Shown in pieces: positions 39,388 through 49,008 of a DNA stretch of 64,000 bases; the first letter of the stretch is position 1, and each line of letters opens with the position of its first letter. The position numbers were made by a program, and so were the translations under genes. This stretch comes from a bacterium. Its GTDB lineage: Bacteria; UBA8248; JACPRG01; G963555815. The notes under the pieces were generated by a model, which saw only the letters and a list, made by a program, of their open reading frames with translations, made no database searches and was not told where the DNA came from. The DNA is taken from contig OZ244653.1 of NCBI GenBank assembly GCA_965218795.1, forward strand, positions 4,512,001 to 4,576,000, in the 5' to 3' direction.

Positions 39388-40926
39388 TTGCTCGCCAAGG
39401 TATTGTCGGCCGCTGTTCTGGGCATTGATGCCTATGAGGTTGAGGTAGAGGTCGATCTCTCACCCGGCCTGCCCGCATTCACAACCGTCGGTCTTCCCGA
39501 TGCGGCGGTAAAGGAATCGCGCGACCGGGTCGCCGCGGCCGTCAAGAACACGGGCTTTCAGTTTCCCGTCAAGAAGATCACCGTCAATCTTGCGCCGGCC
39601 GACGTGCGGAAGGAAGGCTCGGCCTTCGACCTGCCCATCGCGGTGGGGATCATCCGGGCATCGGGGATGATTGCCGGAGAACAGCTGGCGGGTCATCTGC
39701 TGCTGGGCGAGCTATCGCTGGACGGCCGTATCAAGCCGGTCAAGGGGGCGTTGCCGATCGCCGCGGGCCTGCGAAACCGGAAGGAACTCAACGGTTTGAT
39801 CCTGCCCCGGGAAAACGCGCCCGAGGCGGCGGCTGTTGCGGGGAATCTGCCCGTGCTGGCGGCGGACACGCTGCCTCAGGTGGTGGAATACATGAACGGC
39901 GAGCAGGATCTCGAGCGGGTGGAGGTGGACGCCCGGGCGGAATTCGGCCGCAATCGGAGTCACGATGTGGACCTGGCGGAGATCCGTGGCCAGCAGCACG
40001 CCAAGCGGGCGATGGAGGTGGCCTGCGCGGGTTCTCACAACATTCTGATGATCGGACCTCCGGGCGCGGGAAAATCCATGCTGGCCCAGCGCATCCCGAC
40101 CATCCTCCCCGAGTTGACGCTTGAGGAATCGGTGGAGACGAGCAAGATCCACTCGGTGATGGGCCTCATGGGAGACAACTCGCCGCTGGTGGCCATGCGG
40201 CCCTACCGCCCGCCCCATCACACCATCTCGGATGCGGGGCTGATTGGCGGGGGGAGCTTCCCCATGCCCGGCGAGGTGTCTTTGGCGCACAATGGTGTGC
40301 TCTTCCTCGATGAACTCCCCGAGTTTCGCCGCAACGTTCTGGAGGTCCTCCGTCAGCCGCTGGAAGAAGGGATGGTCACAATCTCTCGCGCCCTCGCCTC
40401 GATTTCCTATCCCGCCCGCTTCATGCTGGCCGCTGCGATGAACCCGTGCCCCTGCGGGTACCTGGGCGACGCGGAGCGGTCGTGTTCGTGCACGCCGCTG
40501 AAGGTGCGGAGTTATCGGTCGCGGGTGTCGGGGCCTCTGCTCGACCGGATCGACATCCACATCGAGGTGCCGCGCGTTCCATACCGGGAGCTTTCAGCGG
40601 ACTCGGGCGGGGAGGACAGCGGGCAGGTGCGGGTGCGGGTCAACCGTGCGCGGGAAGTCCAGCGTTCGCGGTTCAAGGGCAAGAAGATTTTCTGCAACGC
40701 CCACATGGGTCCCCGGCACATCAGTCGCTATTGCGCGATGGGCGAGGAGGAGAGGAAACTCCTGGAGACGGCGATGGAGCGGCTCTCGCTCTCGGCCCGG
40801 GCCTACCACCGCATCATCAAGGTTGCCCGCACCATCGCCGACTTGGCGGGCGACGAGAACATCACCGCTCTCCATCTGGCCGAAGCCATTCAGTACCGCT
40901 CGCTCGACAGGGAAGTGATGGCGTGA
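39388..40926 (+). CDS. comM: YifB/ComM family Mg-chelatase-like AAA+ ATPase
   Basis: VGLPDAAVKESRDRV, NLAPAD, GPPGAGKS, PGEVSLAHNGVLFLDE, NPCPCG, EAIQYR. Confidence 0.93.
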   Translation: MLAKVLSAAVLGIDAYEVEVEVDLSPGLPAFTTVGLPDAAVKESRDRVAAAVKNTGFQFPVKKITVNLAPADVRKEGSAFDLPIAVGIIRASGMIAGEQLAGHLLLGELSLDGRIKPVKGALPIAAGLRNRKELNGLILPRENAPEAAAVAGNLPVLAADTLPQVVEYMNGEQDLERVEVDARAEFGRNRSHDVDLAEIRGQQHAKRAMEVACAGSHNILMIGPPGAGKSMLAQRIPTILPELTLEESVETSKIHSVMGLMGDNSPLVAMRPYRPPHHTISDAGLIGGGSFPMPGEVSLAHNGVLFLDELPEFRRNVLEVLRQPLEEGMVTISRALASISYPARFMLAAAMNPCPCGYLGDAERSCSCTPLKVRSYRSRVSGPLLDRIDIHIEVPRVPYRELSADSGGEDSGQVRVRVNRAREVQRSRFKGKKIFCNAHMGPRHISRYCAMGEEERKLLETAMERLSLSARAYHRIIKVARTIADLAGDENITALHLAEAIQYRSLDREVMA

Positions 40927-40951
40927 AGGTGTCGTGAGAGGAAAGCCGCGC
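40876..40951 (+). repeat. Direct repeat copy 1 (comM 3' end, att-like)
   Basis: 76 bp, 74/76 identical to 42820-42895. Confidence 0.92.
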
Positions 40952-41169
40952 CGCCGCGGCTTGGCCCCGTGTTGGAACGCGACTCCGGCCCCGTTACCTG
41001 AAAGCGGGTCATACGGATCAGGTCTATCATTCGCCAATCAAGGACGTGTCCCCATCGAGACTCCGCTCTGTGGGGATTTCTTTGACCCGACTTCTCGGCG
41101 GAATGCATTCGGGAGACAGCGCCTGGGGGGGCGTGTTTGTCGTGAAGTATTGACAAGGAGAGCCATGGA

Positions 41170-41955
41170 ATGACAGTTCTCGTTGAAAAGAAGGACCGGA
41201 TCCTTACGTTGACCATCAATCGGCCGGAGGCGATGAACTCTCTGGATCCCGAGACGAGGAGCCGGCTGTGCGAGTGCTTCGATGAATATCGAGAGGACAA
41301 TGACTTGTGGGTTGCAATCCTGACCGGGGCCGGCGAGCGATCGTTCTGTGCGGGAGCGGACATCAAGAAGACGATCGGCGCCTCATTGAGTCAGGACGTG
41401 TGGAGCCGGCGAAAACCCTTCGTTCACGCGAAGGATCTGTACACCGTTCTCGAGTCCGTGACCAAACCGGTCATTGCCGCCGTCAACGGCTATGCCCTCG
41501 GCGGTGGGCTGGAGTTGGCCCTTTGCTGTGATATCCGAATCGCTTCGGCAACGGCCGGCTTCGGTCTTCCCGAGGTGGGGCTCGGTATCATTCCCGGCGC
41601 GGGCGGGACCCAGCGTCTCTCGCGGGTCGTCGGGGTCGGCCACGCCTTGAACCTGATCCTGATGGGGAAGCGGATCGATTCACAGGAGGCTTACCGAATC
41701 GGTTTGGTCAGTCGCGTCGTCGCTCCGGGAGCGTTGATGGACGCGGCGCAGGACGCGGCCGAGACGCTCTGCAAGCGCGGACCGCTCGCAGTGCGATTCG
41801 CCAAAGAGGCCGTCCTCAAAGGGGCCGATATGACGCTGCGGGACGGGCTTGTGCTGGAGAACCTTCTGTCGAACCTTCTCCGGGGAACCGAGGACGCCGC
41901 CGAGGCAGCCAAGGCGTTCGCCGAAAAGCGGCCGCCCCAATTCAAGGGAGAATAG
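41170..41955 (+). CDS. Enoyl-CoA hydratase/isomerase family protein
   Basis: FCAGAD, GGGLE, PEVGLG, GGTQRL; both catalytic Glu present. Confidence 0.92.
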   Translation: MTVLVEKKDRILTLTINRPEAMNSLDPETRSRLCECFDEYREDNDLWVAILTGAGERSFCAGADIKKTIGASLSQDVWSRRKPFVHAKDLYTVLESVTKPVIAAVNGYALGGGLELALCCDIRIASATAGFGLPEVGLGIIPGAGGTQRLSRVVGVGHALNLILMGKRIDSQEAYRIGLVSRVVAPGALMDAAQDAAETLCKRGPLAVRFAKEAVLKGADMTLRDGLVLENLLSNLLRGTEDAAEAAKAFAEKRPPQFKGE

Positions 41956-42089
41956 AAGGATTTGACCTGCTTCCGCAGGGTCGGAATGAGCTCGTCTGGA
42001 GATGTCTTCTGGAAGGATGGTGTCCCCAGAATTCACAAAACACTGTCTCTAAGATGTTCTTTTCTGTTTTTGGCACTCCATGGGGCGGA

Positions 42090-42380
42090 TTATATATGCC
42101 GCCCTACATCCATGCTCTGATGCAAAATGCGGATGATCTCCACCATGTCCGATTGCATACGGAAAAACATCACATGCGAACCGACCGCGACCTTGCGGTA
42201 TCCCGCACGGATGTCGTCAGCCGATCGACTGACCAGCATGCCGTTGCTCAACGCCTCACACGCCGCCTGAATATCCCGCGTGTAGTCCTCAGCTTGCACC
42301 TCGCCCCAATGCGTGACGGTGTAGTCCCAGATGTTTTCAAGATCAGCCTGGGCTGCCGGCGATAGCGCATAGCCCGCCAT
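42090..42380 (-). CDS. parE: ParE/RelE family toxin
   Basis: LSPAAQADLENIWDYT..WG..QA, IIRILHQSMD. Confidence 0.9.
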   Translation of the reverse strand: MAGYALSPAAQADLENIWDYTVTHWGEVQAEDYTRDIQAACEALSNGMLVSRSADDIRAGYRKVAVGSHVMFFRMQSDMVEIIRILHQSMDVGRHI

Positions 42381-42385
42381 GCCGC

Positions 42386-42622
42386 TCAGGCGGATTTCTT
42401 GCGGGCGATGAACGCATCAAAATCAAACGGCGTCGCCTGGCCGGATTGCTCACCTTCGAGCAGAGCGCCGCGCAGGGCTTCCACTTTGGTTTCGTGCTCT
42501 TCGAGCAGCCGCAGCCCGGCGCGTACCACGTCACTGGCCGATCTGTAGCGACCGGATTCAATCCGCTCGTTGATGAAATCCGTAAAGTGATCCCCGAGTG
42601 AAACCGATGTATTGCGTGGCAT
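42386..42622 (-). CDS. parD: ParD family RHH antitoxin
   Basis: NTSVSLGDHF, SGRYRSASDVVRAGLRLLEE; GGAGG RBS 7 nt before ATG 42622. Confidence 0.9.
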   Translation of the reverse strand: MPRNTSVSLGDHFTDFINERIESGRYRSASDVVRAGLRLLEEHETKVEALRGALLEGEQSGQATPFDFDAFIARKKSA

Positions 42623-42647
42623 AAGCATGCCTCCTTCACGCGCACTG

Positions 42648-42662
42648 TACCAAAAATTGGTA
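42648..42662. promoter_or_regulatory. Putative parDE autoregulatory operator
   Basis: Inverted repeat TACCAA-AAA-TTGGTA directly upstream of parD. Confidence 0.55.
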
Positions 42663-42819
42663 TATGCGCAAAACTTTCAGTCGGTCACTCGGTCGGTTTC
42701 AAAACAGATATGCGCGATGGGATGCGCGTGCATTGCACTCGGACGCAAGTCCTGACGTTCGCCGCCTCCGAGGGCGGGGCAGTGAAGGATGATGAAACGC
42801 CGCTTTGACTGGCGACCCC

Positions 42820-42895
42820 CTGGCCGAAGCCATTCAGTACCGCTCGCTCGACAGGGAGGTGATGGCGTGAAGGTGTCCTGAGAGGAAAGCCGCGC
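42820..42895 (+). repeat. Direct repeat copy 2 (duplicated comM 3' end, att-like)
   Basis: CTGGCCGAAGCCATTCAGTACCGC...GAAAGCCGCGC repeated with 2 mismatches. Confidence 0.92.
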
Positions 42896-43037
42896 AAGGC
42901 CCGCTGAGCCCCGATCCCCCTTCCTTTGCATCCACCGGGGGCGTTCCCGTGACAGGATGCGCCTTGGCCAAAACCCACCCCAATCGGAAGGCCGTCCCTC
43001 TGGGGAAGCCGTCGGGTTCCATTCGTTCGATTGCGCC

Positions 43038-46000
43038 CTAGAACCGGATTCCGAGATTGATCTGGCCGGCGTATTCCCGCTCATCCGAACCCGGGCCGTC
43101 CGCCGTCGCCTCGACGCCGAGCGAGAAGCGGCCCCGGCGCCAGACCCCGCCCAGGCCCAGCAGAACACGGGTTCTCTCGGACTCCGACCTGAGCTTCTCT
43201 CCCGATACCTCGACGACCGTCTCCCCGCCCCGGAGCGTCCGCTCCACGTCCACCGAACCCCGGAGGGAGAACGACCCGCCGTCCCGGACGCGACCGGTCT
43301 CCGCCGCCAAACCGACGACGCCCTTGAGTTGCTTCGGATCGGTGAGCTTGACCCGCGAGTTCACCGCGTCGGTGAACCTGTCCATGGAAATCCCCGAACG
43401 AACCAGCCGCGCCCGAGGCGTCAGACTCATTCTCGTGCCCAGCGCGATGCGCCGACCCGCCTCGATGCTCAGGGAATGAGCAAGCGCGCCGACGTCCCCC
43501 TTCAGCCGGCCCCGCTTGTCCGAGGAGAGGTCCACCTTGTAGCCGGTCACCGAGAGGCGGCCATCGACATAATAGCCGCTCGCGCCGCCCCAGGACACGC
43601 CCAACCCCGCGCCGAAGCCCTTCGCGTCGACATCCCCGCCCCCGGTCGGCGAGGAAACCTCCGCCGAAGCCTGAACATGCCGCACCGAGACCGTGCCGGT
43701 GATGTCCTTGTTCCAGGGAAACGCGACGTCCACCCCGGCTTCCGCCGCGAGGCGCCTGAAGTCGTACGCCGCGCCGACACTCGCCTCCCCGGACTTGTAA
43801 CTCCCCTTCCCGCCCGAGAGCCGCACCCAGACCGGCGAGCCGCCCAGCCGCAGCCGCTCCCCGGCGGAGCCGCCCAGCCGGAAGACCCCCGGCAGGGACT
43901 CGTAATCCGCCGCGAGGCGCTTGAAGTCGTACGCACTCCTCTGATCGGACCCGTACCTTCTCCTTCCGCCCGAGAGCCGCGCCCCGTCCCGACCCCCGCC
44001 CGTCAGACCGAGCAGCAGACCCGGAAGGGCCTCGTACACGGCCGCGCGCGGCGCGTAGACCTCGATGATGCGGACAGGTGTTTTTGGCTTTTCTGTTGGC
44101 TCTTCCGGCGTTTCCGGTTTGGGGGTTTCGGTGAAGTCGTCCGCGGAGAAATCCCGATCGGCGATGACTCCGGCGGCCCTCTGACTGACGACCCATGCGC
44201 CCGTCGAGCGGTCGACGGTGACGCCCTCGGCCTGGATGATTAAGACGTCCCGCGCCCCGTTCGGGGCCGTGAGGCCGGTGACGCCCGCCGCGCCGTCGTG
44301 GAGCTTCACGTTGTTGACCACGATCGTGGTCTCGCCCCCGTCGTTCACGATCCAGTCGTCGCCGAAGACAGCCGCCACCCGGCGGCCGTCGAGATTCATC
44401 GAGACATGGAGCCTGGGCTTGAGCGGCTCTCCATTTTCGACGGGCGTGTCTCCCGTGGCGAGAATCGCGATGCCCGACGCCGCGCCGACGCTCCCCTTCG
44501 GCCCGATGACGACCCGGCCCCCGCCGGCGAGCCAGACCCCCGCCCCCGCGCCCGTGCCGCCCATCACCGCGCCGTTCACCGTGACCGTCTGCCTCCGGTA
44601 GCCGTCCGCGTCCATACCCGCGGCGCGTATCACTTCTCCCTGGGCGTTGAGGGCGCCCACCCGGACGCCGATCGCGTTCTCCCCGCCGGCGCTGATCGTT
44701 CCCCCGACCGTGACCGCGATGGTCCTAGAGTCCATCGTACCGTAATGATAGGCCACGACCCCGTGGGCGTTGTCGCCCGCCGTGGTGATGGCGTTATCGC
44801 CTGCCGTCGTAATGGTGATGTCGCCGTCGCCGTCGCCTTGATGAACGCCATAGATGCCGTAGGAATACGCGCCCGCCGTCGTGATGGAGCCGCCCTGAAC
44901 GGAGATATCGATGTTTCCGCTGCCTGGGTGATAGCCTAAGACGCCGTGGGCAATAGCGCCAAGACCCAAAGTGATGCCCGTGCTTTCCGTCGTGATGGCG
45001 GCGTCTTGAACGGAGATGCCGATGTCGCCGTTGCCTTGATGTATGCCAGAGACACCGTGGGACTGGGTGCCCTCGGTCGTGATGCTGCCGCCTTGAACGT
45101 CGATGGTGACGCGGCCCGAGCCGCCTCCATCACGCGCACCCAGGATGCCGGGGGAGTTCAAGGAGAGTGAGTCGTAGTCGTTCATCGTCGTGATGGCGAC
45201 GTTTCGAACAACTATATTGACATTGTTGTCCGTGCCGCTGCCGAAATGCGTGGCATCGACGCCCGTTGCACCCGTCATGACGCTGCCCCCCCGGACGTTG
45301 ACGGTGAGAGAACCGGCGCCTTCATGAAGGCCTCTGACGCCGGTGGAGGGACCTGCCGTGCTGATGGCGCTGTCTCGAACGTTGATGGCGAGGGCGCCGT
45401 TGCCTCGATGCCGGCCAAAGACGCTGTGAGCACTACTTGAATCAGGTGATGGCGACGCGATGGCGCTGTCTCGAACGTTGATGGTGAGGGCGCCGTCGCC
45501 TCGATGCTGGCCATTGACGCCAACGGCTCCAGTCGCCTCGATTCTGCCGCCTTGAATGCCGATGGTGACGTCGCCGTCGCGTGTGCCGTCGGCGGCGCTT
45601 CCGTGAAGTGCGAAGACCCCGTGGGACCCATTCGTCGTGATGGTGGGGTCCTGAACGTCGATGACGATATCAGCCGTGGAACCGGCGGACTCTATGCACG
45701 AGACCCGCTGTCCGGCCGCGGGCGCGCCTCCTCTGCACGGCTCGGGGGTCTGGGCCCGCGCCTCTCCGACACTGAGAGTGAACGCGGCGGCCACCGTCAG
45801 GGCGATGGCGCCCATCCGCGCCCGCGCCCCGCCTCTTGCTCTGGAGTCTGGAGTCTGGAGTCTGGAGTCTGGAGTCTGGAGTCTGAAGTCTGAAGTCTGA
45901 AGTCTGAAGTCTGAAGTCTGAAGTCTGAAGTCTGAAGTCTGAAGTCTGAAGTCTGAAGTCTGAAGTCTGAAGTCTGAAGTCTGAAGTCTGAAGTCTGAAG

Positions 46001-46162
46001 TCTGAAGTCTGAAGTCTGAAGTCTGAAGTCTGAAGTCTGAAGTCTGAAGTCTGAAGTCTGAAGTCTGAAGTCTGAAGTCTGAAGTCTGAAGTCTGAAGTC
46101 TGAAGTCTGGATCGTACCACATTCATCAAGTGCAGACAAGCCCATGACGGACGAGCAATCAT
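43038..46162 (-). CDS. Autotransporter (type Va) adhesin-like protein with a repeat-containing leader; phase-variable candidate
   Basis: Signal h/c region ending ARA-Q, G/T/I-rich beta-helix-like passenger, PE/PK linker, beta-barrel with terminal GINLGIRF-type motif (QINLGIRF); the RBS-linked ATG at 46162 is out of frame with the body at the current repeat number. Confidence 0.85.
45840..46111 (-). repeat. Heptanucleotide tandem array: 32x CTTCAGA + 6x CTCCAGA on the coding strand, plus a partial unit
   Basis: + strand TCTGGAG x6 (45840-45881), TCTGAAG x32 (45882-46105), TCTGGA. Confidence 0.95.
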
Positions 46163-46377
46163 TTGGAATATCTCCTCTTCCTTCACTGTCAACACCACTG
46201 CCAACACTCTCCCCTCATTCCTGTCCAATCGACAAGGTGCGCCTCGGAGGGTTCGATGAATCGTAGCGGAATTGTACCGCCAAAAGTGAACGGAATTTTT
46301 AAATGCTTTCTGGGCGAAATACCGCTTGCGCCCGATGCTTTAGTCGAGGGCCTGTTGCTTCACTCCCCGAATGCTCA

Positions 46378-46841
46378 TGGATTCCTGCCTGCGCAGGAAT
46401 GACAGGCAGGTCCCTGTCGAGCTCCGACGAGCCTGGCCCCCCGTGTGTCTCAGGCGGGGGCATTCCCGCAGGCCACGCCCCACTTGTCATTCCCGCGGAA
46501 GCGGGAATCCACAGGACCGCCCAATCCGGCCATGTTCAGGCCGGAGCGGATCCCTCGCGCGGGCCAGCCCACGGCTTCTGGTTCTCAACACCCCGCCTGG
46601 ATTCCCGCTTTCGCGGGAATGACGAACAAGGCTCCCGCGCAACAGCCTGTCATCCCCGCCCTCGAATGTCCCAATCGGGGGCAGGAATGACCGAGAGCCC
46701 GCCCCTGCATGGTTTCAGCAGGGGGCGCGCCAATCCCAAAGTCATTCATCAAGGATGGTGTCCCTGGAATCCAACTGATTTCATCCCCGATTCATCGCCA
46801 TTTCAGGCCCCATTCTGGATTTCCGCCTGCGCGGGAATGAC
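46378..46841. repeat. Cluster of 26-bp REP/dRS3-like palindromes (GTCATTCCCGC-N4-GCGGGAATCCA family)
   Basis: Copies at 46378-46403, 46486-46511, 46598-46623 and 46816-46841, plus an interrupted copy near 46649-46691, in mixed orientation. Confidence 0.85.
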
Positions 46842-46887
46842 GAAATGGGGGCGGGGTACATGGTGACGCCGCGCTTCCACTGAAGCG

Positions 46888-46916
46888 TTGACCGTCCATC
46901 CCGATTCCGGTAAGGT
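46888..46916 (+). promoter_or_regulatory. Putative sigma70 promoter
   Basis: TTGACC-N17-TAAGGT about 120 nt upstream of the LLM gene. Confidence 0.5.
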
Positions 46917-47036
46917 GCTGCACACCTCTCAAACCGGTGAGTGGACAAGAGCCTTTTCCCATCCCGCGAGCGCGCCTTGGGTTCCGTGGAATGATCTGTG
47001 GCTTGTGAAGCCGAAGCCTGAGTGAGGAGGCTGGCG

Positions 47037-48065
47037 ATGTCTCGATTTTCGACCGTTCAGATTGGCTTGAGCAGCGTCCTGCCGGTGTCTGAGACCGTTG
47101 AACTGGCCATGCGCGCCGAGGCCTTGGGGTTTTCCCGATTCTGGATCGCCGAGGAGTATCATTGGCGAAGCGGCACGGCGACCGCGGCGGCCGTGGCCCT
47201 CAACACCCGCTCCATCGGCATCGGCCTGGGCATCGTCAGTCCGTTCACGCGCCACCCCGGGGTTCTGGCCATGGAGGGGGCGACCCTGGGCGAGATGTCG
47301 GGCGGACGGTTTATCCTGGGTCTCGGGGTTTCGGTCATCGGACTTCTGCGCCACGGGCAGTGGGGCCGGGTGCCAATCGCCAGGGGAATGCGGGAGGGCG
47401 TCGGCTTGGTGAAGCGCCTCCTGGCCGGGGAAACAGTCTCATCCGAGGGGGAGGTGTATCACCTGGATCAGGCCGGCATCGGTTTCTCACCGCCAGGAGG
47501 AACCGGCGTGCCGGTGCACGTGGCTGCCCTGAGCCCCCGAAATCTGGAAATGGCCGGAGAACTGGCGGACGGCCTGCTCATCGGCATTTTTTGCCCTCCC
47601 GCATTCGTGAAGACGTGCCTCGAGCACTTCCGCAAGGGCGCGGAACGGGTCGGAAGGGACGTGTCCAACATCGAGGTCGGAATGTACGCATTGATGGCGG
47701 CCGACCGGGACGTGGATGCGGCCCGGGCGGCGGTCAGAGACACCATCGCCAATTACATCGCGTGGGGCGAAATTCCAGAGGACCGGGCCGAGGCCATCGG
47801 CATGACACGGGAGATGTTCGATCGCCTGACCGCAGAGATGTCCGCGGCGTATGCTCGCGGGGACCGGGAGAGCATGCGAAAGGCTGTCCCGGAGGGTCTG
47901 ATCGACACCCTGTCGATCACGGGAACGCCCGAGGCCTGTGTCGAGGCCCTGCGGCCGTTCGCCGAAGCGGGCGTCACCTCGCTGATCCCCTACCATGTCC
48001 TGGGCGCGAGCCGCATGGGGGGACTTGAGACCATTGCCCGGGAGATCGTTCCGCAGGTCACGTAA
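47037..48065 (+). CDS. LLM class flavin/F420-dependent oxidoreductase
   Basis: AEALGFSRFWIAEE, RHP, SGGRFILGLG, LEMAGELADG; GAGGAGG RBS. Confidence 0.88.
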   Translation: MSRFSTVQIGLSSVLPVSETVELAMRAEALGFSRFWIAEEYHWRSGTATAAAVALNTRSIGIGLGIVSPFTRHPGVLAMEGATLGEMSGGRFILGLGVSVIGLLRHGQWGRVPIARGMREGVGLVKRLLAGETVSSEGEVYHLDQAGIGFSPPGGTGVPVHVAALSPRNLEMAGELADGLLIGIFCPPAFVKTCLEHFRKGAERVGRDVSNIEVGMYALMAADRDVDAARAAVRDTIANYIAWGEIPEDRAEAIGMTREMFDRLTAEMSAAYARGDRESMRKAVPEGLIDTLSITGTPEACVEALRPFAEAGVTSLIPYHVLGASRMGGLETIAREIVPQVT

Positions 48066-48101
48066 ACCGCTGTCCGCGAGACAGCCGACGGGAGAGGGAG
48101 G

Positions 48102-48926
48102 ATGCACAACATTCCCTGGCCCAACGGGGCACGGTGCGCCGTGGTTCTCAGCTTCGACGTGGACGGCGAGGCGGGGCTGCTCGGCCCGAAGCGGGAGCAT
48201 CAGACCCGGCTCTCGGCCCTGTCCCACGCGGCGTTCGGTCCGGACGTTGGGGTCCCCCGCATCCTGGACCTGTTAAAGCGCTATGCGTTGTCCGCCTCTT
48301 TTCATATCCCGGGTTACACGGCAGAGCTCTACCCCCACCGCGTTGAAGAAGTCGTGAAGGGCGGCCATGAGGTCGGCCATCACGGTTATCTGCACGAGCG
48401 GCTGGACGAGTTGGGATCCGAAGCGGAAGAGGAGGAGATCCTGCAAAAGGGCATCGAGGCCCTGCGGAAGATTACGGGGGAGGCTCCGGTCGGCTATCGC
48501 GCTCCGTGGTGGGAGATCAACCCCTGGACCCCGGCCCTGCTGAAACGCTGCGGCTTCATTTACGACAGCAGCCTGATGGGAAACGACGCGCCCTACACCA
48601 TCGAGGCAGGGGACGGCCCTCTCTTGGAGCTCCCGGTGTCCTGGCTCATGGACGACTGGGAGCAGTACGCTTATTCCGTGGTTCCCCGGTTCGGCTATGT
48701 GATCGAGGAGCCGGACAAGGCCGTCCGGCTATGGATGGCGGAGTTCGAAGGCTTGTACGAGATCGGGGGCTGTTTCATGCTGACCATGCATCCACAGCTG
48801 ACGGGGCGAATCTCGAGGCTCAAGGCCCTCGAAAAACTCATTCGCCAAATCCAAGGGTATCCCCGCGTCTGGTGGACAACGTCCAAGGCCATCGCGGAGT
48901 TCTGGGCTCGCGAGGGACTGGAGTGA
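48102..48926 (+). CDS. PuuE/PgdA-like CE4 deacetylase/amidohydrolase
   Basis: WPNGARCAVVLSFDVD, GHEVGHHGYLHE, GYRAP, YDSS, MHPQLTGR. Confidence 0.87.
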   Translation: MHNIPWPNGARCAVVLSFDVDGEAGLLGPKREHQTRLSALSHAAFGPDVGVPRILDLLKRYALSASFHIPGYTAELYPHRVEEVVKGGHEVGHHGYLHERLDELGSEAEEEEILQKGIEALRKITGEAPVGYRAPWWEINPWTPALLKRCGFIYDSSLMGNDAPYTIEAGDGPLLELPVSWLMDDWEQYAYSVVPRFGYVIEEPDKAVRLWMAEFEGLYEIGGCFMLTMHPQLTGRISRLKALEKLIRQIQGYPRVWWTTSKAIAEFWAREGLE

Positions 48927-49008
48927 ACTCCGGCTGAGCCGCCATTCCACGGCAGGCTCTTCCGGAGCGGACCCCGAATCTGAACCTGCTCAAAGGAGGC
49001 ATGAACGC

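Noticed and set aside
41144-41155. GAAGTATTGACA shared with 50094-50105
   Set aside because: At 41144 it is too close to the start codon to be a -35 box; probably chance
45840-46111. Tandem array as CRISPR or telomere-like repeat
   Set aside because: 7-bp units with no spacers and no cas genes; it is a simple sequence repeat inside a gene leader
43038-46145. ORF-track start at 46145 giving an intact 1035-aa autotransporter
   Set aside because: No RBS at that ATG; the RBS-linked ATG is 46162 in another frame. Kept only as a possible leaky start
46378-46841. Palindromic repeats as a CRISPR array
   Set aside because: Mixed orientation, irregular spacing and degenerate copies fit REP elements
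46905-46955. Resemblance to a guanidine-III riboswitch (CCGG..AGG..CCGG..GGACAAG) upstream of the ureohydrolase operon
   Set aside because: The pseudoknot partner strand is missing and the 5' part overlaps the predicted -10 box; an Infernal/Rfam scan would settle it
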